Shown: positions 51,729-63,166 of the stretch, one piece after another | Numbering within the stretch: position 1 is the first letter of the stretch | Layout: each line of letters opens with the position of its first letter | Source of the DNA: Dimorphilus gyrociliatus | Taxonomy: Eukaryota > Animalia > Annelida | DNA length: 64,000 bases | Assembly: GCA_904063045.1 (NCBI GenBank) | Contig: CAJFCJ010000019.1 | Location: 1,999,700-2,063,699 of the forward strand | Reading direction: 5' to 3' | Translations under genes and position numbers: made by a program | The notes under the pieces: model-generated | Database searches by the model: none | Told to the model about the DNA's origin: nothing | What the model saw: the letters and a program-made list of their open reading frames with translations, nothing else

Positions 51729-52838
51729 TGACGACTATATGGCTTATATAATGCTATATAAATCCGGACTATCTTATGAAAGCAAAAACAGAAAGATGTT
51801 GCTTGTTTTTTACTGAAATTCAAGTATTTAAATATCAGACACTGTTGCAAGCTGTTGACCTATTTTTCATATAATTATTTAAAAACTGATACATTTAGTC
51901 GAAATATTCGAATCAATTTAAAAAGCGAACAATCTTATCTATTGAAACCTTTCTCAACTATACTTTTTAAGTTTGTTTGTTTTAAAACATTGTTTATAAA
52001 CCTTTCTCTATATATACTAAAATCTATCCATTAATTGTTACCATTTAAGTACAATATATACATATATATAGTATAAATATTATATCTTTTGTTAAGCTGT
52101 TTTAGGAAATGGGCGTGGCTAACCACAACTTTATATCTTAATTGAAGTCCTTGTTCCTTTCATTATAAATGTTTAAAATCATTTTTAGTTCATATTAAAA
52201 GGTCACAGAACTGAAGATTTCTTTCTCTTTGTTAAGCTCTAGTGCATTTCGGCCTAGAGCACTTTTATAGCACATAAATTAGAATATATTTAGTAAATTC
52301 GAATATTGACTATTATTTTTAGATATGTGAAAGAAATTTGAAATTTTTATCACTAACAATTCATTTTGAAAGCGAAAAAATGTGAAAAGTAATTCACTTA
52401 AACTGTCAATTTTCCAAATTATAATTCGGTTGTCTCAAAATCAACCTATCTTAGCGGGAGAGGTAACCAATCAGCATTGGAAAATGGCGAAACGGGCATG
52501 TGTTCCAACACATGGACAACGAACATAAGCGTGATTACGAGAATGGAATTCGATAGCAAATCTGGAAAATCAACATTCTTTCATCGTTTGTCAATAAATT
52601 AAAGAGAATGATTGTTAAAGCTCGATATATATGTTTTTGGTGATACATTTGTTTATAAAATATAATATTTTGCTTTTTTTGTTGATGATAAACGTAGGAT
52701 TGAATATACAACGAGCGATAATCTAAGATAATTATGTATCTAGTTTGTAGCGTACGGTTTTATGTAAACAAGCTCGATATATTGAACGATCGATGAAAAA
52801 ATCAAACTGTATTTAATTGTTTAACTTTTCTTAACAGA

Positions 52839-55175
52839 ATGTCTATGCAGCCCGATAGAAACCATCCACAGGCCATGTGGCCTATGCCAACGATGCAGCC
52901 TTGCGGTGCTTCGAATCATTTTCGGCCGCAACATTATATAGAAAATCTACTGCATGATCATAGATGGCCAAAGCATTCCACATCGCAAACTCATTGGCCT
53001 CCACGATTACATCACGAAGGTCAGCACTACGGCCAAGATATGATGCAGTCCCAATCCCACTCAATTGGCGGATGTCCCCCGTCATCTCAATGTTTCGTAC
53101 AGCAGGGACACACAAAAAATACGAAAAGCCATCAAAATGCTGATAAGTTTTTATCCATTGCGTCTTTGGCCCAACCAGCCGCTTCCTCTTATGTTCCTCC
53201 TTTGTTGAATCCTCAAAATGCGGATAGTAATAATCCTTTCATGAATAATTGGAATGTAACGACCAGCGTAACAAATTCAGCTCCATTGCCGAGTATGTTT
53301 AATTTTTTACCACTACAAAACGTACAAAATGATGACGTCATACCACCTCCATTTACCTTATCTGCCGATAAGAATGATCCAAAGTTTTGCAGTCCTACCA
53401 AAACAAGTGAAGCAAACTCACGCATCAATGAAATAGCTAATGAACTACGTAATATAACATCATTTCCGTGCATCTCACCGCAGTCTCTATCTGATTGCGA
53501 GGTAACTAAATCAGCTCAACCTCCATCACATAGCGTCTCTAAACTTATTGATGAAGCCGTTAAACAAAAGGAAACAATAGTTAAAAGTTCAACGTTTCAA
53601 ACTGTGCCATATCAAAATAGGCCCCTCTCCCACGTCAGTTGCAGCAAGCCTAATCAACAACGAAGGCAGGAAAAGAATCAGCTGATTCACGAAGCTGTGC
53701 CTGCTCCTCCTCCTCCTCCTCCTCCTCCTACTTCTGCTTCTGCACCTGCTCCTGCTCCCGCTCCTGCTCCTCCTCCTCCTCCTCAATCTTATACTGTTCC
53801 TCTATCTCATCGTTCTATGCCAGTTTCAACGAGGACGTCAACCGAAGTTACCTCATCAACTTCAACGACCAAAACACTTTTGCAAACAATAGCCAGCTCC
53901 AATTTGTCGCTAAACTTGTGTTCCAAACAGTCGCTGCCGCTCTCTCACGTACCAAAGACTTGCTCTCAGTCCGTTGTCACGACTTCTTCCGCCCAAGTTC
54001 CAACAACTATAACACCAAAAACGCTAATAACAACGACAACGGTACAGATTCCTCAAGTACAAGTAACATCGACGACAACCGCACAGCCAAAACCAGCCTC
54101 GGTTGTGAGTGTAACTCCGAGCCACAATGTTCAAACAACGAAGATCACAACTGATAAGAATGTTGAAGAGGCTTCCGTCCTTCCTGTTGAATATATGTGC
54201 GACTTTTGCAACGCCACTTTTAAACGGGAAAGTGCGTTAGTAGCGCATTTGAGAACTCACGATTCTCCTCCGACACCCGCCACCTCTTCTGCCCAAAAAA
54301 CGGGTCGCCACGTCTGCAATGTTTGCCAGCAAACCTTTTCACGAAAAGATGTTATGACGAGGCACGCTCGTCGTCATCGGGAGGATTATAAAAGAGATGA
54401 ATGCGAGGAGTGCGGAGCAACTTTTACCGAACGACGTTCTTTGTTACGTCACCAAGCAAGGGCTCACTCTATTGATGCACAACATATTTGTAAGGACTGT
54501 AATGCTCGTTTTAAAATGCCTAAGCAATTAGCTACCCACATGGCTGCAAAGCACGGAGATTCTAATGCAATTTGTAAATCAGACGGCAAGCACGAGTGCA
54601 GCCAATGCAATAAATTCTTTAAATCTCCACATCACCTGACGGCTCACCAAAGGGTTCACACTGGAGAAAGGCCATTTAAGTGCGCAGATAGCGACTGCAA
54701 TAAAACATATAAATCTCATTACGCACTTACTCAGCACATTGCTGCAGTTCATGCTCATGAAAAACCATTCAAGTGCCCCTATTCTCAATGCAATGCATCT
54801 TTTTCAGCAAAGAGTTCCCTATCTTATCACGTTAGTACTCACACCAACGATAGAAATCATATATGTTTCGAATGCGGTCAGGCATTTATTATGGCCTCGG
54901 ATCTAAGGAAACACCAAAGAATCCACAGCGGAGATCGACCTCATGCCTGTGACCAGTGTCCAGCAAAATTTAAACTGACTTCTCATTTAGCCGCCCATAA
55001 ACGACTGCACAATGGAAAATCTGTCGTTGTAAAAACAACATCAAAGGGGGTAACGACGACAACGTCTAATAAATCTTCGGCAACTTCGCCTAAATGCGAT
55101 AGATGCGGTGAGATTTGTGCTAATCGAGGTCATTTAGCCGTACATATGAGACGTGAGCATAACTCAGCAATTTGA
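52839..55175 (+). CDS. C2H2 zinc-finger protein (about 11 fingers) with Q/P/T-rich N-terminal region
   Basis: 778-aa ORF with repeated CxxC...HxxxH fingers and an HTGERPF linker. An acceptor at ~52837 suggests an upstream exon. Confidence 0.93.
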   Translation: MSMQPDRNHPQAMWPMPTMQPCGASNHFRPQHYIENLLHDHRWPKHSTSQTHWPPRLHHEGQHYGQDMMQSQSHSIGGCPPSSQCFVQQGHTKNTKSHQNADKFLSIASLAQPAASSYVPPLLNPQNADSNNPFMNNWNVTTSVTNSAPLPSMFNFLPLQNVQNDDVIPPPFTLSADKNDPKFCSPTKTSEANSRINEIANELRNITSFPCISPQSLSDCEVTKSAQPPSHSVSKLIDEAVKQKETIVKSSTFQTVPYQNRPLSHVSCSKPNQQRRQEKNQLIHEAVPAPPPPPPPPTSASAPAPAPAPAPPPPPQSYTVPLSHRSMPVSTRTSTEVTSSTSTTKTLLQTIASSNLSLNLCSKQSLPLSHVPKTCSQSVVTTSSAQVPTTITPKTLITTTTVQIPQVQVTSTTTAQPKPASVVSVTPSHNVQTTKITTDKNVEEASVLPVEYMCDFCNATFKRESALVAHLRTHDSPPTPATSSAQKTGRHVCNVCQQTFSRKDVMTRHARRHREDYKRDECEECGATFTERRSLLRHQARAHSIDAQHICKDCNARFKMPKQLATHMAAKHGDSNAICKSDGKHECSQCNKFFKSPHHLTAHQRVHTGERPFKCADSDCNKTYKSHYALTQHIAAVHAHEKPFKCPYSQCNASFSAKSSLSYHVSTHTNDRNHICFECGQAFIMASDLRKHQRIHSGDRPHACDQCPAKFKLTSHLAAHKRLHNGKSVVVKTTSKGVTTTTSNKSSATSPKCDRCGEICANRGHLAVHMRREHNSAI
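53698..53785 (+). repeat. Coding (CCT/GCT) triplet repeat encoding a poly-Pro/Ala tract
   Basis: cctgctcctcctcct... translates to VPAPPPPPPPPTSASAPAPAPAPAPPPPP. Confidence 0.85.
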
Positions 55176-55751
55176 ATCTGTCTGTTACTGTGATAACTGT
55201 TGAAGTGATCTTTTTGTTCTATTCTTTTTCTTTTGTTTTGTTCAAAAATTTCATCCATTTTTTTCTTTGTATTATGTAATATTTGTAGAGAAACTTAAAT
55301 ATTTTTCTGACTGCGTAGCTAAGTCAAAAGAATGCAACAATGCCATCAAATAATTTATCAATATTATTATAAATACTGTTATTATCATTGTTTCATTTAA
55401 TGCACTCTTTAGATTTATTGTATATTCTTTTACAATAAGTGCTTATTATTACAGAAAATAATTTATTCAATTTACGGTTTTATCTCTTTTCAACATTATA
55501 GATTCTACTATATATACTAATATATATGCATATATATATATATACATATATGGCTGCTCTCTTTGTAGAACATTTTTAATTATACTTCATTCAGGATAAA
55601 CGCTCTTTTAAAAAAAGCAGTATAGGCCAAAAAGAGTCAACGAAAACTGGTGTTGAATATTTTACAGTTGACTGACGCTAGTTTAGGCTTGTAATAAGTA
55701 GTTAAGTGTTCAACTAGAACAACTTGTTCATTTCATAACATCTCACAAAAT

Positions 55752-57455
55752 ATGGCTCCAACAAGATGGGGTAATCGAGCTGAATTAAGAAAAATCGAGC
55801 CAGATTTTGAAGGTCTATGGGGTGATATCACATCAACGATGAATTGGTGTGAAGCTAAGTATGAAGTATCGCCTTATTTCGCAGAATTTTGTTAGTAATT
55901 AAATTAAGACAATTAGATCATTGAAAGATCTTAAATTATCTATAAATCTTCCTCTTTCTAGGGAACACAATAAGTAATCTTGCCATGATAATACCTCCTC
56001 TTTTTGGAATATTTTTAGCATGGCGAGATAATATGGAATTAAGATACATTCTGAGTCTTTTATCTCTAGCCAGTTAGTTTCTTTTTCTTCTTTTTCCTTT
56101 ACTAAATACAAGCATCGGAGAAATGGAGGAGGGGGGAATAGGAGAAGAGAAGTAAATCAGCAATAATAGCACTAAAAACTTTTCCTTCTAAAATAGCCGT
56201 TGGAATAGGATCTTGGTTCTTTCATATGACCTTAATATACGAAACACAAGTAAGCATAACATATCCTAAAATAGTAAATTAACAAAAGAAAAAGGGAAAT
56301 TATCTTATATTACGTAATCGAATCACAAATAATTAACTTTTTTATTTTTTCCCTATAATTCTATAATAGCTGTTGGACGAATTACCTATGCTATATGGAT
56401 CTTTGGTCTTCATTTATACAATGTAATTCTATATAGATTTTGTATTTGTTTGTATGTGTGTCTTTGGTAATTAACCTTTTAATTTTCTATACAGTTGGAA
56501 TATTGATCAAAGCAAAGGAGGAGTAATATTAAATACTTTCCTTGTTGTTTATGGTATTATTTCGACAATAGTTGGTGTTTTACATAGATATATATATAGT
56601 ATATGTATACTAATATATGTATTTATATATATTATTATTAATTCAATAGATTTATTTGAAATTCCCCGAACCAGAATTATTCCAAGTAAGTAATCTTCGT
56701 TTGTTTGTCTGTCTGTATATCTATCTATCTATCCATCTCCCTTATTATCTATATACGTCATAATACATTATGTCATTCCCCTATTCAGACTGCATATGGC
56801 CTTTTAGTCCTAACAATGGTCATTCTTGGATTTAGGTCTATGCAAAAGTTTAAAGCTTGTAAAAGAGATAGAATGACCTACTATTTGAGTTTATTTAGCT
56901 ATGCTTTCGGATTTTTCCTCTGGCAAATTGATGTAAGAGCCTGTTCCCATTTAAAGTAATTATTTACTTAGTATATTAATATTCATTTAAAAATTTAATT
57001 GTCATTTTTTAAATGTTTCTAAATAATTTATATATAACTTTTTCCTTTAATAAATAGGTCAATTAGATCAGGTATTGGATATCCTATTAAACCTGTCTTG
57101 CAATTTCATGCATGGTGGCACATATTCGCGGGAACTGGAACTTACATTAGTATTCTTTATGTGTAAGTATACATGTAGAAACATCTAAAGAGTTGGTTGG
57201 TAAGGGAAATAAGGAGGAAGGGTAAAAAAAACGGGGCTTGTCAAGGCTTTTAACGATAATCAGCAAATGACTTTTTTGCAGGGCAAAAATTCGTGCGTTA
57301 TATTTGAAGGAAGTCGTTCGCTATAAGGTAATTTCATTCTTTTTCAATCAAAAGAAACTTTTTTTTCCCTCAACTAATTAAATGTCGTATCCGTAAAATA
57401 GCGACATTTCTTCTGGGTATATCTAAGGAAAGTTGGAGGTAGAAGAATACATTAG
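55752..57455 (+). CDS. ACER3: Alkaline ceramidase, multi-exon
   Basis: GLWGDITSTMNWCEAKYEVSPYFAEF-WNTISN; VGIGSWFFHMTL; QLLDELPM; LQFHAWWHIFAG. Confidence 0.93.
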
Positions 57456-58723
57456 CTTACGCTAATAAGCAATATCAAATGAACTATTGAAATCAGGTGA
57501 AACTTTATCTAGAAAAAACAGCCTTAATGAATTGTTTTTTTTACGTCGTTATTTATTAGACTAGAGAAAGGTTGTAATTTGTTAATTAAAATATTTCTTT
57601 TGTTGTTTTATTAAGTTCCATCAGAATTTTTTTCACTGATTAAAGGATGATAGTAAAGTTGGATTTGCTTTCAGTTCTATTCTAAATAGAATAAAAAACA
57701 ATATATATATATATAATGTAAACAAACATAGACAATGAAAGAAAAAGAAGGAAATGAAGGAAAATTTTTGCTAAAAATATCTTTTTATTTATTTCTTTTA
57801 TAGATTTTTTTTATTTGCTTTTTAATCTTATCTTGACCTTTTTATCTTGCTTTTCAAACAGCTTTTCATGTTTTATTCTTATCTTTTCTTTTTCTACAAC
57901 ACAAAATTACATATCTTTTCCGTCTCTCTCTCTCTCTCTTTGTCTGTTTGATATTTTCCTCATGTTAACTAATCTTTCTCTATGTTTTACAGACATTTGG
58001 AAAAATGATATGCATGATCAAGAAGAACCGGAAAACTTTTCATTTTCTTTTATATATGTTCGTAATTATTTTTCAAATTTATACTTCACTGGTTAAATTT
58101 CGAATAGGAGATAAATAAAACAGATTCGTTATCAGTTACAATTATTATTTCTTTTATGTTTTGTATTTTCTTCGCTGATATTATAAACACTATTTTATCT
58201 TCGCTATCCTATCTATTTCAATCTCTTTCTTTTTCTCTTTCCCTTCCTCTCCGTCAATTACTCAATATCATTAATTATAGTAAAGAAAGCTATTCCAGAA
58301 TTTCCTTAACATCAAAAGGCTTGTGATCTAAAATTTAGTCTTATTATTATTCGCTTTATTCTCTTTTTTCCACTGTCTATTTACTCCTTTATTTGTTAAA
58401 GAATTCTCGTATTTACCTTTGTAAAGTGCCTTTTTATATACATTTTCTTTTTAAAGATCTGAAATTTTACTTGAAATTTTCCTTACACAATTCATAAAAA
58501 AATAAAGGACTAAGGAAAAGACCATACTTATTCCATTATTGATTTTTAGCAAAGCATAAACATTCTGTAATGAGTTATAAACATTTCCTCTATATATTCG
58601 TAATTATATGGAGATAAAAAGTATTTTTATAATTAGAATACAGAGAAAATATATACACCGTATATACAATATATATATCTATATTAATGTAACTAACGCC
58701 ATCTGGTTTTTTATTAAAATAAA

Positions 58724-58792
58724 ATTGCATCAGTGGGGCAACAGACATTCTTATCTATTTGAGGGATCCCTTGACGAAGTACCCACTTCGCC
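58724..58792 (-). pseudogene. Degenerate copy E of the vault-RNA-like gene
   Basis: Keeps GGCGAAGTGGGTACTTCG and CCCCACTGATGCAAT but has lost the terminal stem and the -24 TATA element. Confidence 0.6.
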
Positions 58793-58878
58793 TTTTTTTC
58801 TATTTCAACATATTCTGCAGCGTGAATTTACATTTATTCCATCTACCGTTTGGTATATAAATTTACAATTACCATTAA

Positions 58879-58951
58879 ATTGTTTTGCGCCGATGGGTTT
58901 GTAACAAGACTCTATTATAATTAGTAGGATTAAATCCCATACCTTACCAGT
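58879..58951 (-). pseudogene. Degenerate copy F of the vault-RNA-like gene
   Basis: Keeps the 3' motif CCCATCGGCGCAAA, a matching ATGGG in the 5' half, and the TATA-like gctatataaa at 58976 with the same spacing as intact copies. Confidence 0.5.
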
Positions 58952-59156
58952 TCGAAGATTTTCAACTATTTCAGAGCTATATAAATAGAATTATATTCGA
59001 TTGAATTTCTCAACCGATTGCAATATATTAAGCAAGAACGAGTCATTTAAATACATGCTTACTTATGTAAAATTCTTATCAGGTATAGAAACATCATTAA
59101 AAACCATTTTAATTAGATTAGAAAAAAGAAAAAAAAGAAAAAAGTAAAAAAAAAAA

Positions 59157-59248
59157 GTCGGTTTGCGCCAGTGGGGAACTAAGTATTCGAAGTGTTCATT
59201 CAATCTTTTTGTATTTGAAGTAAGAAGTACCCACTCGGCTAAGCCGGC
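59157..59248 (-). ncRNA. Vault-RNA-like Pol III small RNA, copy A (92 nt)
   Basis: GCCGGCTTAGCCGAGTGGGTACTTC...TTCCCCACTGGCGCAAACCGAC plus T10. A box TAGCCGAGTGG; ends base-pair; upstream TATA. Vault identity is inferred from similarity to vtRNA ends recalled from memory. Confidence 0.75.
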
Positions 59249-59271
59249 TCAGAGAAATAACGATGTTAACA

Positions 59272-59282
59272 GCAATATAAAG
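59272..59282 (-). promoter_or_regulatory. Upstream TATA-like Pol III element (CTTTATATTGC) at about -24 to -34 of copy A, repeated for copies B and C
   Basis: Same offset in each unit; nearly the same motif lies at -25 of tRNA-Thr (51753-51763). Confidence 0.65.
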
Positions 59283-59413
59283 CAAAACGATAGATTGTTA
59301 ATTATTATAGAATATTCTATATTTACTTATATGGAGTAAACATACATTAATTATTAAATATACTAAAATGCTTGACCAAAGGAATAATTCATTAAAAAAA
59401 CAAAAAAAAAAAA

Positions 59414-59507
59414 GTCGGATTGCGCCAGTGGGGAACTAAAGAATTTGAAGTGCCTGTCCAACCTTGAGTTTCAATGAAATAAGAAGTACCCACTCGGCTA
59501 AGCCGGC
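59414..59507 (-). ncRNA. Vault-RNA-like Pol III small RNA, copy B (94 nt)
   Basis: Same 5' 25-mer; 3' CCCCACTGGCGCAATCCGAC plus T12; different central loop. Confidence 0.75.
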
Positions 59508-59667
59508 TCGAAGAAAAAACAGCGTTAACAGCAATATAAAGCAAAACGATAGATTGTTAATTGTTATAGAATCTACTATATTTACTTATATGGAGTAAAC
59601 ATACATTAATTATTAAATATACTAAAACGCTTGACCAAAAGAATAATTCATAAAAAAGAAAAAAAAA

Positions 59668-59759
59668 GTCGGATTGCGCCAATGGGAAACCAAATGGCTT
59701 GAAGTGACTATCAACATAAGTTCGCTTGAAATAAGAAGTACCCACTCGGCTAAGCCGGC
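59668..59759 (-). ncRNA. Vault-RNA-like Pol III small RNA, copy C (92 nt)
   Basis: Same 5' 25-mer; 3' CCCATTGGCGCAATCCGAC plus T-run. The C>T change keeps pairing as G-U. Confidence 0.75.
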
Positions 59760-59915
59760 TCAGTGAAAAAACGACGTTAACAGCAATATAAAGTGAACGA
59801 TGGATTGTCAATTTCTATAGAATGTACTATAATTCATATACATCAGGTAAAAGTACATTTATTATTAAATATAGTAAAATGCTTGACCAAAGGATATTTC
59901 ATGAAAAAAAAAAAA

Positions 59916-60010
59916 GTCGGGTTGCGCCAGTGGGTGAGAAAGCGTTTGAAAGGGAACTTCAAGCTTATAAACATTTCAATCTCATGAAGTACCCACTCGG
60001 CTAAGCCGAC
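59916..60010 (-). ncRNA. Vault-RNA-like Pol III small RNA, copy D (95 nt)
   Basis: GTCGGCTTAGCCGAGTGGGTACTTC...ACCCACTGGCGCAACCCGAC plus T12; perfect GTCGG/CCGAC terminal stem; unrelated upstream flank except a TATA-like motif at the same offset. Confidence 0.75.
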
Positions 60011-60603
60011 CTAAGGAAATACATACGATAGACCTCTATATTACTCTAACTTTAATAACACATCTTGTGTCGTAGTAGTTCGAATGGTAGGTTTAATTTA
60101 ATATTAAACTTGTCGGAAAGTCTTAATATATTTGTTGCATCAAGTAATTAATCCTTACTTTTAAATGTCTTATATATATTTATATACTGTATACTGTATA
60201 TTTACGTTTATACCTTTATAAATATCTAGAATTACAGAAATTTTATTTATATTACACAATAGCTCAATAGCTGAATACTCTGAAAATGGTTGAATTGTCA
60301 CGTGATCATTATGTTGTTACTAGCAACAGTGATTTCCCAATAGAAAATAAATCATTTTTTATAACAATTATATACTCTATTTTATTTCTTTTTCAGTAAA
60401 GAAAACATTGATAATTTTCAAATAATTTAACAATAGAAGGTATACATTTGGTACACATTGTTTACAAAATAAACATTTAACAATGAGAGAAGTATTTCTT
60501 AACAATGAAGCAAAATGATTTAGAAAAAAGTAAACGTAGTAATAAATAAATTTCATAAGAAAGCGAGAGAGAGAGAGAGAGAAAAATATCTGATTTTCCC
60601 TCT

Positions 60604-62832
60604 TTATTTTCTCTTCAAATGTGTCTTTTCCATCCACGGATAAATTAAATCACCCATTACTAGTTTCTTTAAGAAAGAAAAAATCTCCCAAGGTTCATTT
60701 TGCTCTAATCGATCATAGCTAATGAGTTCGTGGCATGAAGCTGCTTCCAACTATTAAAATAGTAAAAATTGTATAGGAAGATAGTTATAAATAGACGGAA
60801 TAATTTTATGTTATAATACATACTTTCATCCATAAATAGACAACTCCGTTTCTATCAGGTTCAACTACTTTAAAAGTTACTTTATCTAAAAATAAAAGAA
60901 CTAAAGAAAAACGAAAGATGTTCGTGTAGAAAACTTACCCATAACAGTTTTTGAACGAATCATTTTCAATAAAAACGAATAAAAGGGGATGCGATTGAGA
61001 AACATAACAAATTGTTGAGGTATAAATTGCACAATAAGTACCAATAACCGCAACTAAAAAGTTTTAAATACATTTTAATAAACACTACTTTATGAATATT
61101 ATTAAACTTACCAATGTAAAAACTGCATAATAGGTTAAAACTGTTGGAAACAGAAAAAGAATAATACAAAAGAATAAGGTCCCAACAAACAGTGTATCGA
61201 CATCGCATGACAAAGTATCTATCCTCTTCCTCAAAACGTTCTTCTTTTTACCTCGAAATAGTAAAAATAAAGAGGAAACACCTTTCATTTGAAGCTTATA
61301 TAATCTAAATAATAGTAAAAATATGGTTTATAACAATTCAAACATTTTTAGCGCAAATTTTTAATCTTTTACCTTGATGCGTAAACGTAAAAGCAGTATA
61401 TGTGCAAAGTCATCATATTAAAAATATCAATACAGAAGCTTATTTGATAGGAAACACCTAATACTCCTATCCATAAAGTAAGGTTTAGCATCATTGCAAT
61501 CCATGGTTTAATAAGATTCAAGTAGCCTGGAGAATAGAAAAGAGATTAAATTGTTTCTTTCACTACGAAGATAGGAAATTATTACCCATCCACAAATAGA
61601 AGTGATAAAGGAAAAAAGTTCCAAGAAAGTGACTCAATTGATAATTTAGCTTTAATCCAGCCGGACTTCCCATTAGCCATTTTATAAGAAGTCTTAAATG
61701 TTCAACAATACTCTAAATAAAATAATAAAAGCAATAATAAATAATTTTGCAGGCTAAATTAACAAACAAAACAAACATTAGCTACAAGAAGAAGTTCATC
61801 AGAGCACTTTTCGGTATCAAACATATCTTTTAAGAAATAGATTGTACATATTCCAACCACTATGTCTATAATTCGTCTAACAGAATAGTTTAATAACCTG
61901 TTCATCGAACGGATAATTGCAGGAGATGTAGATCAGCAAATTTGTATTATTTACCTCAAGGTGCATAATGGATTATTAATATCGTACTTTTTCAAGGATT
62001 GAAAACCCTGATAATGCTCAAGCAAATTCTTTCCAACAAATGTTAGCAAAATGATCCTTTTTAGAATACTATTCTTGATGCATTCCCTATTTGGGGAAAA
62101 AAATTATAAGTTAATTATTACTTATTGCTAAAGCTGGCAGTGTATAAAATAGTCTTACTCCAGACGAAATAGACAACGGGGAACCCAAAACACTATACTA
62201 AATATATGATACAGTAAATAGGTGAAAGCATTGTAAAGTGCACGTATTTTCCAGGGTTTAAGCATACACGAAGATGTGTCAATTACATCCAGAGAAATGT
62301 TACACTTTTGAGAAACTTTTTGTTGTAGATGCAGGGCTCGACTAAGCTGGTTGACGTGTGTACCTTCCATGAGTTTTGTAGCATTTTCCCCATCATCTAT
62401 CCAATCTGCAGCCGATTGCATCAACAAGGCAGACTGCTGTACATATTCTGCACTATATAATATAACCATTGCTTCACTACAATCCCAAACGGGGCTGAGA
62501 TGAATAATTGGCACGTCGTCTTTTTTTCTACATGCAACAATCTCAAAGCGAACGATATATGAACTAATGATCGATGGTACTGTCAAATCATCATTTCTAA
62601 ACCAAACTCCCAATTGTCTAATACTATAACCAAAGCCTTCACTCAGCTTGCTTTCTCGCAACCAATCTCTTATAGAACGAACATCTCCATTTCGAACAAT
62701 ACCTGTCACACAAATTATTCTAGTCTTTCTATTGCTCCAACCGATAAGATTACCCGTAGGGGCATTCATACATTCATAAGGAATGTAAATCCTAACGATG
62801 GGTTTGGGGTCATGAAATTCCCAGTTCGGCAT
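60604..62832 (-). CDS. PIGQ: GPI-GlcNAc transferase subunit Q (GPI1), multi-exon
   Basis: [11 protein letters not shown]...[12 protein letters not shown]; [15 protein letters not shown]...[23 protein letters not shown]. Confidence 0.93.
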
Positions 62833-63166
62833 AATTGAACGATATTACCAGAAAGCTGTAATTTATAATTTTATCTTTTCCCCTTAACTAAAAAATTACA
62901 GCGAAATCAAATTTTAATGACTAGAAATTTCCCAAAATTTCATAGAAATATCTGGGTATTTCCAAATATTAGGTATTACAGACGAAAACTTAAAACTTAT
63001 GTAACGACTCAAATGGATATCGCAATACTAAAATCAATTGGAATAATATTCGATTATGTTTACATTGCAACTGAATAGTCTCGAGCAGATGTAGATTTTT
63101 ACTAAGTCGCTAATGTCTGAAGACTATTCACTTGGTTATTACACATGATTTAGTAACACCCAAAAT

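Larger units (their letters stand above)
59144..60045 (-). repeat. Tandem array of four ~250-257 bp units, each with promoter, small RNA gene and T-run terminator
   Basis: 3' ends of units at 59157, 59414, 59668 and 59916; shared AAGTACCCACTCGGCTAAGCCG and similar spacers. Confidence 0.95.

Noticed and set aside
57815-58096. 93-aa hydrophobic ORF, and similar short F/L/I-rich ORFs at 48808, 58608, 59557 and 60377
   Set aside because: Products of AT-rich or TC-microsatellite sequence or of the array spacers; no splice-consistent gene model.
59370-59377. GCTTGACC in the array spacers, resembling a Y RNA 3' Ro-binding motif
   Set aside because: It lies on the opposite strand to the RNA, has no GGTC partner and no following T-run. 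The RNA units lack the bulged-C GGUCCGA/UUGACC helix, so it is more likely a promoter-region motif.
59144-60045. CRISPR-like repeat/variable-spacer appearance
   Set aside because: Eukaryotic context with no cas genes. The period is ~255 bp, and each unit has its own promoter and T-run terminator, so these are separate Pol III genes.
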